Positions 19,589-29,133 of a stretch of 64,000 nucleotides of DNA are shown in pieces. Position 1 is the first letter of the stretch; each line of letters opens with the position of its first letter. The position numbers and the translations under genes were made by a program. Source of the stretch: Thermoplasmatota archaeon (GTDB lineage: Archaea > Thermoplasmatota > Penumbrarchaeia > Penumbrarchaeales > Penumbrarchaeaceae); contig JARVGK010000004.1 in NCBI GenBank assembly GCA_029762535.1, forward strand, positions 17,633-81,632, in the 5' to 3' direction. The notes under the pieces are model-generated. The model did no database searches. It was given only the letters and a program-made list of their open reading frames with translations, and had not been told where the DNA came from.

Positions 19589-19932
19589 ATGATCACTCTG
19601 ATAGATCGTTAAGGAAAAGGATATCCATTCCTTAATAAATATATCATAAAAAAATCAACAATATAAAAAAACCCTCATGATCTACAAGTTCACAACATAG
19701 TATGAAAATTTTATTCGGGTTTTTTCATAAGTCCCTCGCGACACTTAAAATAGGATCCGGGACTTCGAAATAGTCGAATAATAACTGATGTTATTTCACC
19801 TAACCTGCCAATTACATTGGCATGTTCCGAGCCCAACGGAACGTCAATTTTAAGTCATCGTTGGGCAGAGGTATGCAAATCGGTATGCCAAACCTTGCTG
19901 TGATTTTCATACTAAATGACTAATTGTGGAGT

Positions 19933-21084
19933 TCACCTGTTATATAATTTTAAATATACGTTGTTTAGTAGGCTGCCCCTATCGTCCCTGAAGCTTTGAA
20001 TGGTTCTCCAATCGGTTATGGACCCTTCGAACTCATCTCTGCTCATTCCAATTTGACATAGGAACCAATCAAGGTTTGGCGGGTCCTTATTCTCATCGTT
20101 GTAGTTTTTCTCATACAGCATCGCTTCGTCCCTCTTCATCGATCCCAGTCGGATCAATGAACTGTTCTTGCATGTGGCATCCGATAATCCTTTTGCCTTT
20201 TTTGATTGAGCGTACGAGGCTATCTTGCTTGCCTTGCAGTCCATATGTTCTACCTGATCCGAAGGCTCTGTCCACCCCATCTCTTTCTTTATGGTACCGA
20301 GTATCTCATCGTAGGACGGCCCAAGATGATCGTATATGCTCACATGCCTCGGAGTGGTCGGATCGGGAATCCTCAATAGAGCTGTTGAAAGATGTACGAT
20401 CCTTTTCAGGTCCCATTTTACCGTGAACTGTTTCATGGCGTCGACATTGAACGATAACTTCTCATTCTCGACCACTCTTGAAAAGAAGGCTGCATCACCG
20501 TTTTGGAAGAGTTCCGGAACTCTGGCAAGATAAGAATATCTTGCTCCCGTACCTTTTATGATCAAGGGAACGTCGAACATATCAGCTCCCATCTTCGATA
20601 CTATCTCGATCCCTCTCATGCATGGAGGACAGAACGTTCCGGTTTTTCTTAAGAAAAGGCCGTATAGTTCCATCATCTCCTTTGGATTCGGACCATAGAT
20701 AAGATGATCCGATCCGGTTTTATTAATGGCATTTCTTATGTTCTGTTTTGCATGGTCAGAAAGTAGGCCGTTGTCAAAAGTTATGGATAGGCTTTTCATG
20801 CCGTATACCTTGTCTGCAAGATAGAGGCAATAAACGCTATCCTTTCCTCCGCTCAAAGGCACGACGCAATCGTAAGGTCTCTTTTTCTTCTTAGCCCATA
20901 GAACAAGTTCATCGAGTTTTTTTTTTCTTTCTTCTTTCTCATTATCTAACTTTGTGAGCAGTTTCTCATAATAATTGCAATTATTGCATACACCTCTATC
21001 GTCCAACTTTACGCTTGGAAGGGTTGTGGGCATCACACACTTGTGACATCTAATGAAATTTTTTTCTTTATTTGTATCAACCAT
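19933..21084 (-). CDS. N-acetyl sugar amidotransferase (WbpG/WbuX/PseA-like PP-loop ATPase)
   Basis: CHKC...GVCNNC, YDCVVPLSGGKDS, FDNG, CPPC and HMDC motifs. Start ATG 21084 follows GGAGG. Confidence 0.85.
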   Translation of the reverse strand: MVDTNKEKNFIRCHKCVMPTTLPSVKLDDRGVCNNCNYYEKLLTKLDNEKEERKKKLDELVLWAKKKKRPYDCVVPLSGGKDSVYCLYLADKVYGMKSLSITFDNGLLSDHAKQNIRNAINKTGSDHLIYGPNPKEMMELYGLFLRKTGTFCPPCMRGIEIVSKMGADMFDVPLIIKGTGARYSYLARVPELFQNGDAAFFSRVVENEKLSFNVDAMKQFTVKWDLKRIVHLSTALLRIPDPTTPRHVSIYDHLGPSYDEILGTIKKEMGWTEPSDQVEHMDCKASKIASYAQSKKAKGLSDATCKNSSLIRLGSMKRDEAMLYEKNYNDENKDPPNLDWFLCQIGMSRDEFEGSITDWRTIQSFRDDRGSLLNNVYLKLYNR

Positions 21085-21122
21085 TCCCCTGCCTCCTGAT
21101 ATAAAATGGTGATGAATTTGGA

Positions 21123-22400
21123 TCATAGGCTCCAGTAATGGATCCCCGTTCCGGAAAAATCTTTGCGGTCCAGGACATATTTCACATCTATCAGGACGCC
21201 GTTTTTGTTGCGGAACATCTTCTTGAATCCTTCTATCCCAAGATCCAGATATTCCTTATGCGGGACCGCCAGGATCACCGCGTCGGCTTTGGGAAGGTCC
21301 TCGAAACAAGTAAGGCCGAAACCGTACTCCTCGTTCGCATCCCTCTCTGAAGCGCAGGGGTCCGAGATCGACACATCAACGCCGAATTCCAGAAGCTCCC
21401 TGACGATATCTACCACCCTGGAGTTCCTCACGTCCGGAACGTTCTCCTTGAATGTGATCCCCAGGACGTTCACCCTTGCCCCGTTCACGTTCTTTCCGGC
21501 CTTGATCAATTGTTTTATGGTCTGCTCCGCGACGTAGAAGCCCATGTCATCGTTGATCTTCCTGCCCGCAAGGATCACCTGGGGATGATAGCCCAGTTCC
21601 TGCGCCTTGTAGGTGAGATAATACGGGTCCACCCCGATGCAGTGGCCTCCGACGAGCCCCGGAGAGAATTTCAGGAAGTTCCATTTCGTGCCGGCCGCCT
21701 TCAACACCTCTTTGGTATCTATCCCCATCCTCGAGAAGATGAGGGACAACTCGTTCATGAAAGCGATGTTGAGATCCCTCTGGGTGTTCTCTATGACCTT
21801 GGCCGCCTCAGCCACCCTGATAGAAGGTGCTCTGTAAACCCCCGCCTCTATGACGGATCCGTAAACCTCCGCTATGATCTCGAGGGTCTCATCGTCCTGT
21901 CCGGCGACTATCTTGAGGATCTTCTCAACGGTATGCTCCCGATCCCCGGGGTTGATCCTCTCCGGGGAGTATCCGAGCTTTAGATCGATGCCGGACCTAA
22001 GACCGCTGACCCTCTCCAAAATTGGTCCGCACACCTCTTCGGTAACGCCTGGATAGACCGTGCTTTCAAAGACGACGATCGATCCCTTACTGATGTTCCT
22101 TCCGACGATCTCCGAGGCCGCTATTACGGGTGTGAGGTCCGGAAGCTTGTTCCTGTTGATGGGCGTTGGAACGGCCACGATGAACATCTCATTGTCCCTG
22201 AGATCGGATTCGGATGATGTGAACGTGATACTGCTGCTTTTCACGGCCTCGTCGCCGATCTCGTTCGTCGGATCGACCCCTCTCTTGTAGAGATCTATCT
22301 TTTCCGGGCTGATGTCGAATCCTGTGACCTTGTGCTTTTTTGATAGAGCATAGGCCAGTGGTAGGCCTACGTAACCCATTCCTATGACCGCAATATCCAT
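21123..22400 (-). CDS. UDP-N-acetylhexosamine 6-dehydrogenase (TviB/WbpO-like)
   Basis: GMGYVGLP, ESTVYPG, YSPERINPGD, AKVIENTQRD, PGLVGGHCIGVDP and FKENVPDVRNS motifs. Confidence 0.95.
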   Translation of the reverse strand: MDIAVIGMGYVGLPLAYALSKKHKVTGFDISPEKIDLYKRGVDPTNEIGDEAVKSSSITFTSSESDLRDNEMFIVAVPTPINRNKLPDLTPVIAASEIVGRNISKGSIVVFESTVYPGVTEEVCGPILERVSGLRSGIDLKLGYSPERINPGDREHTVEKILKIVAGQDDETLEIIAEVYGSVIEAGVYRAPSIRVAEAAKVIENTQRDLNIAFMNELSLIFSRMGIDTKEVLKAAGTKWNFLKFSPGLVGGHCIGVDPYYLTYKAQELGYHPQVILAGRKINDDMGFYVAEQTIKQLIKAGKNVNGARVNVLGITFKENVPDVRNSRVVDIVRELLEFGVDVSISDPCASERDANEEYGFGLTCFEDLPKADAVILAVPHKEYLDLGIEGFKKMFRNKNGVLIDVKYVLDRKDFSGTGIHYWSL

Positions 22401-22438
22401 TCCTATACCTCTTGTATCAGATCGATAAAAATATGTTT

Positions 22439-23266
22439 CTACTCACCTGTAAGGGATGTACGATCGCCTCTTCCCCCAAGGACATCGATGATCCTCTTGC
22501 AAAGAAGAGGGGCCACCTCGGCTGAGAATTCCTTGTTGGGATGGGAATTGGTCGATGAGACGGCATATTCGTCCTTGAGATATAGGGATCCCCCGGTCTC
22601 CAGGGAATAGAAGTCCCAGAGGAATATATTGTCCCCTTTCTCGTCCCAATCGTTCTTCACCCAGTTGACGAACCCCTTCATCCTCTCGGCCTTTTCGGGT
22701 TCAGTGTTGTTCCTGACCAGTGCCGGACCGGTCCAGAGTATGAATTTCGTGTTCGGGAATTCGTGCATCTTCACCTTCAGCGCCTCGTACTGCAGCTTGT
22801 AGTTCTCGATGCTCTTGACGGAGGATGATACATCCCCCTTTCCCGTATCCTCCTCTATTTTCGCCACCGGGAAGCAGTGCTTGAATACGACAACATCATA
22901 ATTATCGACTATCATCTCAAGGGTCGGCTCTCTCATGTATGCTTTATCGCCCGCGTTCTTGACCCATATGTTCCAGTAGTCATATGGATAGTTGTTCCAG
23001 CCGTAGGGATCCCTCTTTGGAAAGGATTGCTCGATGATGTTCAGGTTACTGTCATGATCCCTGATCCCTTCTACTACACCGCCCTCCCAGATATTTCGCC
23101 CTGTGCTGTGATGGAGATAGAGTATGTTGATATCGCCTCCGCCCGGATCCTTCAGGACCGGTTCCGATCTGGATAGTTTGTTTATGAGGAACCTAAGACC
23201 CAGAACGGTGGATAGTAGTATGATGAGGGAAAGGAATGCTATGGGTATGATATGTCTTCTCTTCAT
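22439..23266 (-). CDS. Membrane-anchored extracellular protein of unknown function (possible SGNH-like hydrolase)
   Basis: N-terminal TM after MKRRH (GGAGG RBS), with LHHSTG, FKHCFP and NSHPN motifs. Confidence 0.6.
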   Translation of the reverse strand: MKRRHIIPIAFLSLIILLSTVLGLRFLINKLSRSEPVLKDPGGGDINILYLHHSTGRNIWEGGVVEGIRDHDSNLNIIEQSFPKRDPYGWNNYPYDYWNIWVKNAGDKAYMREPTLEMIVDNYDVVVFKHCFPVAKIEEDTGKGDVSSSVKSIENYKLQYEALKVKMHEFPNTKFILWTGPALVRNNTEPEKAERMKGFVNWVKNDWDEKGDNIFLWDFYSLETGGSLYLKDEYAVSSTNSHPNKEFSAEVAPLLCKRIIDVLGGRGDRTSLTGE

Positions 23267-23669
23267 CGGGAGATCCTCCAAATATCTGGCGCTTTCGCTG
23301 GGACCGACAGGCTTTCTTCACCGGATCCTTCATGGGGATCCTCCGTTCACACGGTCGGTCGGTCGCATATCTGGGTGTTATTTTTTTTCGGTCTAGGCTC
23401 CTGAAGCCCCGCCAGTTGGCGGAGATGTTTTTGATTACTTAAACGATTCTACAAGGTAACGACCATACAAGAATAATGGGCCCGATCTCGGATCCATGCC
23501 TTGATGAGGATAGAGGGTCCGTAGCGTGTATTTTTATCTACGACGATGTATCGATGAGAGATATTACCGTCAAACCGTACTTATTAAAATTCATAATGGG
23601 TTTTATTGTTGTTCCATAAGGATTTTTTTAAAAGAAGTATTATTATCAACCTTTGTTTTAATCACCTCC

Positions 23670-24419
23670 ATGGTCCGGGGCATCCTCAGGAGGATGATCA
23701 CTGTTTTCAAGGATCGGGGGATCCTCCCCGGCATAAAGCATGTTCTTAGAACTATTTTCAGGATATTCACTAGGATGCTATGGGACAGAAACGATCTTGA
23801 TTTCTATCTCACTATTATACCAAACGATATCAGAATCGGAAATGACCCTGATCAGATCGAATTAAAGGAGATAACGAGGGATCAGATAGAAGGATATCCG
23901 GATTATTTCGATGGATGGTTCGATAGGGATAAAGCGATACGTTTTCATGATGAAGGCGATGTTTTACTTGGATTGTGGGATAGTGATAGGATAATATTCT
24001 TCCAATGGTTAGGGTTGAAAAGGATCAGGTTCCTCCGCCTCGGACTTGAGATCAGACCTCCTGTAGGATACTGCTCTATGGCATGCATGTACACCCCTCC
24101 TGAAAGAAGGGGACAAGGAATAGCTACCATGGCAAAGCCCAAGGTGATTGATTATCTCAGGGATAGATCGTTCAAATACATCATCGGGTTGATATCTCCC
24201 AAGAACAGGACGTCGAGGAATATCAACGAGCGCATCGGAGGGATCCCATATCAGAATGTTAGATATCACAGAGTTCTCTTCTTGAAGATATATCGTCTGA
24301 GAAGCTTTTCGGATGATAAAAAGGCCACGTTCTTTAAGCTCGGTAAAAGGGACGAAAGGATATGGAAGTATTTCCTTTCGGATATGAGAATATTGCAGCA
24401 GACGGTTGATTCTACATGA
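23670..24419 (+). CDS. GNAT-family acetyl/acyltransferase-like protein
   Basis: YTPPERRGQGIA (R/QxxGxA motif A) followed by N..S...NERIG. Probable ATG at 23670; the track starts at 23526. Confidence 0.7.
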   Translation: MVRGILRRMITVFKDRGILPGIKHVLRTIFRIFTRMLWDRNDLDFYLTIIPNDIRIGNDPDQIELKEITRDQIEGYPDYFDGWFDRDKAIRFHDEGDVLLGLWDSDRIIFFQWLGLKRIRFLRLGLEIRPPVGYCSMACMYTPPERRGQGIATMAKPKVIDYLRDRSFKYIIGLISPKNRTSRNINERIGGIPYQNVRYHRVLFLKIYRLRSFSDDKKATFFKLGKRDERIWKYFLSDMRILQQTVDST

Positions 24420-25510
24420 AGAAAATAATAATTAATCGGTTGGGCAGGTTCGCGTCAAATTACCGTAAGGTCCGCCATTTCAGAAAGAAGATAAAGGAGA
24501 TAGACTCAAGGCTCGATAGATTGGGGGTTCCGAAACTTGATAGAGGATCGATCAGAAGGATCGATGAATTCTGGAGTGGCTATGGCCTGAAAACAATACC
24601 TCACTGGCACAGGATGATGACCTGGGGTTGGGGGAGGTTCGAGCTCGGCTTCGTTCCTGAGGATATCTACTATCCTTATCTTGAGAAGAGTGGGAACTAC
24701 GATTTCCTTACAAAGGCATATGTTGATAAGAACAATTACGACAGGATATTCGGAAAAAGAGCGATCCCGGAAACGATAGTTCACAATGAGAACGGTCACT
24801 ACTCTGATGAGGACCATGAGGATATGACCTTCGAGCAGGCCGTCCGTAGAATATCACAAGAGGAGGGTGAGATAGTCATCAAACCATCTCTCGCATCAGG
24901 CGGCGGCAGGAGGATTTTCATTGGAAAGGTGATGGGAAAGGAATTTGTAACAGATAAGCAGAGAGTGAATATAGCATCATTCCTGAAGGATCACGGACCA
25001 GATTTCATAGTACAGAGGTTCATCGATCAGCATCATAGGATCGCTTGCTTTCACCCGGGAAGCGTCAACACCATAAGGGTGATGACCGCAAGGACCAATA
25101 ACAGTATAGAACACCTATCTATGATTTTACGTGTTGGATTAGGTTTCAGTAGAAATGATAATATGACAACAGGTGGATTAGCTATTGGAATAGACATAAG
25201 TGGAAAGATGAGAAAAAGATCCTTTGATGATTTTTTTAGGAGGTATGATAGACATCCTGATACAAATATCACATTCAATGGATATCCCATCCCTTGCTAT
25301 GATAAGGTTCTGGAATTTACCTCTCATTTACATCGAAAGTTAAGGTATTTCCAGTTCGCGTCGTGGGATGTGGCGTTCGATAAAAAAAGAGGACCGATCA
25401 TGGTCGAAGTTAACCTTTACGGACAGGAAATCATCACACATCAGATCCTCAACGGTCCACTATTTGGATCCGATCCGAGCCGAATACTGGACGAATGCCT
25501 CAGGAAATAG
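24416..25510 (+). CDS. Sugar-transfer-associated ATP-grasp ligase (ATPgrasp_ST)
   Basis: DKN, VIKPS...GGG, IVQRFIDQH, SVNTIRV, NDN...GG, HPDT, SWDVA and VEVN motifs. Confidence 0.88.
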   Translation: MKKIIINRLGRFASNYRKVRHFRKKIKEIDSRLDRLGVPKLDRGSIRRIDEFWSGYGLKTIPHWHRMMTWGWGRFELGFVPEDIYYPYLEKSGNYDFLTKAYVDKNNYDRIFGKRAIPETIVHNENGHYSDEDHEDMTFEQAVRRISQEEGEIVIKPSLASGGGRRIFIGKVMGKEFVTDKQRVNIASFLKDHGPDFIVQRFIDQHHRIACFHPGSVNTIRVMTARTNNSIEHLSMILRVGLGFSRNDNMTTGGLAIGIDISGKMRKRSFDDFFRRYDRHPDTNITFNGYPIPCYDKVLEFTSHLHRKLRYFQFASWDVAFDKKRGPIMVEVNLYGQEIITHQILNGPLFGSDPSRILDECLRK

Positions 25511-26792
25511 ACTTTTTCCCTTTCCCTTTTAATAACCGGCTCCATGTCAACCAGATAGAAAGGCCGAGATATATCGAATATACCATCAGGGTCGAATATG
25601 CGATCCCGATAAGCCCGAAATATTTCAAGAAGATGATGTTCAATCCTATGTTCAATACGGGAGGGACCCAGCTGATCTTCAGAAGCGACATCTCGTTGTC
25701 GCTCGCCTGCAGGAAAAGCCCGAATGGCAAGGTCATGAACCCGATGGCCTGGTAGAAAACAAGCACCTGGAATATGGCCTTGGATTCCTGATAGTCGGGA
25801 AAGAGCACATCTATCAAAGGTCCTGAGATTATTGCGAGAAAGAAAGCTCCGGCAAGTGCTATCGATCCGAAACCGCCTGCCATTATCGCCAACTCCTTGG
25901 CACCTGGCCTTTGCTCTTTGAAGAGTTTAACGATGAGGGGAAAAAAAGAGATCGCTATGAGATTCTTCAGAACGGATAGCGGATCGACCAATCTCTCGAC
26001 CACCGCGTAGATCCCCACGTCCGACACCGGGCGCAATAGAGATATCATCAATACATCGATGCGGGTACCAACAAAACCGCAAAAAAGCAGTATGGAAAAA
26101 ATTATTGTGGGTTTCATGAGTTTCCAATCCCAAATGAACTTGAACGTCAATTTGTATCCTGCGATCTTTCTTGTGACGATATAGGTAATGAAAAGGATAC
26201 TAAGGTTTATCACGACCAGAGCCACGGCGATATGGATAACACCCAACCCCAATACCAGTAAAGAGATGGTGATGACCACGAATGCGAATTTATTGATTAT
26301 CTGAAATATCGCTATGAAATACATTCTGTTCGTTATCATGAATATTGATGTGAGATAGCTCTCGAATCCGTAATAGAAGAGGTCCGGTATGATAATAAGG
26401 ACTATGATCTTCAATTCAAGGGAGTATGGTGTGAATAGCAGCAGGAAAAGCGCGACCATGATGGCGATCAAAACGAAAGCGGTCTTTACCCCGAAGGTCC
26501 TCTCAAGAAGGGAGCCGATCTTTTTCGGGTCCCTTGACCCCGAACGTATCAACACTTTGGACATCTGTGATAATGTAAGTAGGCTGAAGATCGAAACGTA
26601 GGAGATCGCGGCGCTGAGTTTGCCATAGTCCTCCTTCCCGAGCATATTGGCTATGAATAGAAAACCTATGGTCGAGATCACGATCGATATGATATTTCCG
26701 AGTGTGAGAAAAGAGAGATTCTTTAGGCCCTGGATAAGTGTGCGCATCAAGGATATCTTATTATGATCTTGGTTTGATTGCGTGATGATCAC
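25500..26792 (-). CDS. Wzx/RfbX flippase (second copy)
   Basis: LGKEDYG, DVLMISLL..DVGIY and PPVLNIGLN..FLKYFGLIGIAYST motifs; clearly paralogous to 12882..14162. Confidence 0.92.
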   Translation of the reverse strand: MIITQSNQDHNKISLMRTLIQGLKNLSFLTLGNIISIVISTIGFLFIANMLGKEDYGKLSAAISYVSIFSLLTLSQMSKVLIRSGSRDPKKIGSLLERTFGVKTAFVLIAIMVALFLLLFTPYSLELKIIVLIIIPDLFYYGFESYLTSIFMITNRMYFIAIFQIINKFAFVVITISLLVLGLGVIHIAVALVVINLSILFITYIVTRKIAGYKLTFKFIWDWKLMKPTIIFSILLFCGFVGTRIDVLMISLLRPVSDVGIYAVVERLVDPLSVLKNLIAISFFPLIVKLFKEQRPGAKELAIMAGGFGSIALAGAFFLAIISGPLIDVLFPDYQESKAIFQVLVFYQAIGFMTLPFGLFLQASDNEMSLLKISWVPPVLNIGLNIIFLKYFGLIGIAYSTLMVYSIYLGLSIWLTWSRLLKGKGKKSIS

Positions 26793-27982
26793 CTTGATCG
26801 CATGGTTCTTTTCTTTCTTTGCATCTCTTTTTTAAAGATCATTTCATATTTCAAAACATTCTTTTTTGGATCATAACTTTCAATAACATGCTTTCTTGCT
26901 CTTTCCCCAATCTCTTGTGCGAATGATGGATCGTCGAGCAATCTCTCCACTGCATCGGCAAAGGCTACCGGATCGTTCCTTGACAGCAATCCCGTTTTTT
27001 CATGGAGGATATATTCATCGATACCACCGACATCGGAAGCAACGATTGCCCTCTCGAGCAACATCGCATCGAGAATGGCCTTGCTGACACCTTCCCATTC
27101 CGATGCATGCACATAGATAGAGCCTTTTGATGTCTCCTCCCGTGCATCCTCCATGGATAGGAATCCGGTGAAGATCACCTTTCCATCAAGTCCCAGCTCA
27201 CTTGTGAGCTTTTGAAGATATTCTCGATTGGGGCCATCCCCAACGAGTACAAGTTCCAGGTCCCTCCCCCTTTTAATCAACAGATCAAGAGCTTTGATGA
27301 GGATTTCCTGACTTTTTTGATAGTTCTTTAACGAACCAACGCTCACTAACCTTCCACTTACGCTTTTGACCTTCTTCTTTTCGATGATCTCCTGCCCTAT
27401 CTCCTGCACTATTGTCCTTGGTTCATAGCCCATTGTTTTTATATGGAATAGTTTGAACTCCTCCGCAAGATGATCGCAGTTGGATATGAATAGGTCGGTC
27501 TCTCTTAATGAGGTCCTCATGCTGTCAAGGTCATTACCCGGGGTCTCCCCGATCCGTTCCCAGAACTTGCCGCCGATCCTCTGAATTCGGATAACGGGCC
27601 TACCTTTTGTCTGTTTTGCGATGCAGTACCCTGCAGGATGTGGGGTGTAGGTGATCATGATATCGAACGAATGTCGTTTCATTAAACTGGATATCTTTGA
27701 ACGAAGCGACCATTTCTGGATCACATCGTTCAGGATTATGATCCTTTTCATGATCCTGTGCAGCAGCGGAATGTAAGGCATCCAAACTCGATGCACGGAT
27801 ATTCCCGATACAATATCGACTCCACTTCTCAATCTTCCCTTTGTTATATAATGGACGTTATGACCTGAACGCGCCAATTGCGATCCCAAAAGTCTCATTG
27901 ACCATTCCGCCCCCCCGATGGACCTGTTCTCTTCATCGAAAGGGGAGTTGATCGAGATCATGAGGATCTTCATTTCAGGCAC
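26789..27982 (-). CDS. Glycosyltransferase family 4
   Basis: GGAE, VGDGP, EGVSKAILDAM and ASDVGG motifs. Confidence 0.9.
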   Translation of the reverse strand: MPEMKILMISINSPFDEENRSIGGAEWSMRLLGSQLARSGHNVHYITKGRLRSGVDIVSGISVHRVWMPYIPLLHRIMKRIIILNDVIQKWSLRSKISSLMKRHSFDIMITYTPHPAGYCIAKQTKGRPVIRIQRIGGKFWERIGETPGNDLDSMRTSLRETDLFISNCDHLAEEFKLFHIKTMGYEPRTIVQEIGQEIIEKKKVKSVSGRLVSVGSLKNYQKSQEILIKALDLLIKRGRDLELVLVGDGPNREYLQKLTSELGLDGKVIFTGFLSMEDAREETSKGSIYVHASEWEGVSKAILDAMLLERAIVASDVGGIDEYILHEKTGLLSRNDPVAFADAVERLLDDPSFAQEIGERARKHVIESYDPKKNVLKYEMIFKKEMQRKKRTMRSR

Positions 27983-29133
27983 CTTCGGATTATCGTATTC
28001 TCCGTTCCATGAACATTACGATCGCTTAGGATCTCACAAAGGGTCAATTCCTGTATCCAATGGTTGGCCTTGATGAAAGAAAACTCTGCACATACTTTCT
28101 GATAATAACCTGAAAAGCCGTCTATCTCCAGCTCTATACCATCATCGACCCTGAAAAAACACGACACCTCGTTCACCAAAAAACCCCTTTTCCGATCCTT
28201 TATCAGGTCAACTGCGATTATTCGTTTATCCAGTGCGTCTCGTGTCCTTTCTGCAATGCGAAGCGCTTCCTCCGGTATGGGACCATGAACCATATTCCCC
28301 GCACCAGAAGCCCTAAAATCACCTTCTTTCGGATACCTTCTGTAACCGAAGAACTTGTCCTTGAGTACGATAACCCTCAGATCGTAAAGGGAATCTTTTA
28401 TGAACTCTTGAAAATATACATATCCAATTTGTTTTTGGTGTGGCCAGTAAGTGTTTCTTCCTCCATTGAAAACCTCATCGACGAAACTTAGGGCCTCTTT
28501 CCTTGACCTGAGAAGTTCTACCCCTTTTGATCCCGATCCTGTTCTTATCTTTGTCACGATCGGATAATTGCATTTTTTCAGATATTCTTTTATTTCCTCA
28601 AGATCGTATGAAATGAAGGTTTCTGGTGTAGGTATTTCCTTCATTGAAAGCAGATAAGATGCCTTGACCTTATCCTCATTGGACCAAATCTCATTCAAAG
28701 AGGGGAAACAATCCTTGCCCTTATACACCTCCAAAGCAAAGATCTTCTCTCTGGCCTCGTCCATGGAGATCGGATCGCTGTTCACTCTCCATATGATCAT
28801 ATCAAATCTATTGGATTCCTTCAACCAATCGGATGTATGTATGTTGTAGATTTCGTATGGGATCGAATTGTTCTTCAGAAACCTCTCATATTTGGGCCAG
28901 TATGCCGTGTAAGGAACGGTCTTTTCTCTGGGAAAATCCTTTACCAATCCGATCTTTGGTCTTTTCCATCCGTCGGGCCATTCCATGATCACAGGGTCCA
29001 TCCTATCAAGCAATCTTTTATCATCACCTGAGAGTAGATCCATGTTGGAACGTCCCATTTTCTTTCTTAAAAACTTAAAAAACTGGAACCTCAATAGCGC
29101 TCTCTTGATGCGCTTTGATGAGATACCGATCAT
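27970..29133 (-). CDS. RimK/LysX-like ATP-grasp amide ligase
   Basis: EDK, PTPET, YPIVTKIRTGSGSKGV, YFQEFI, DLRV, DFRASG, AVD and NEVS motifs. Confidence 0.85.
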   Translation of the reverse strand: MIGISSKRIKRALLRFQFFKFLRKKMGRSNMDLLSGDDKRLLDRMDPVIMEWPDGWKRPKIGLVKDFPREKTVPYTAYWPKYERFLKNNSIPYEIYNIHTSDWLKESNRFDMIIWRVNSDPISMDEAREKIFALEVYKGKDCFPSLNEIWSNEDKVKASYLLSMKEIPTPETFISYDLEEIKEYLKKCNYPIVTKIRTGSGSKGVELLRSRKEALSFVDEVFNGGRNTYWPHQKQIGYVYFQEFIKDSLYDLRVIVLKDKFFGYRRYPKEGDFRASGAGNMVHGPIPEEALRIAERTRDALDKRIIAVDLIKDRKRGFLVNEVSCFFRVDDGIELEIDGFSGYYQKVCAEFSFIKANHWIQELTLCEILSDRNVHGTENTIIRRCLK

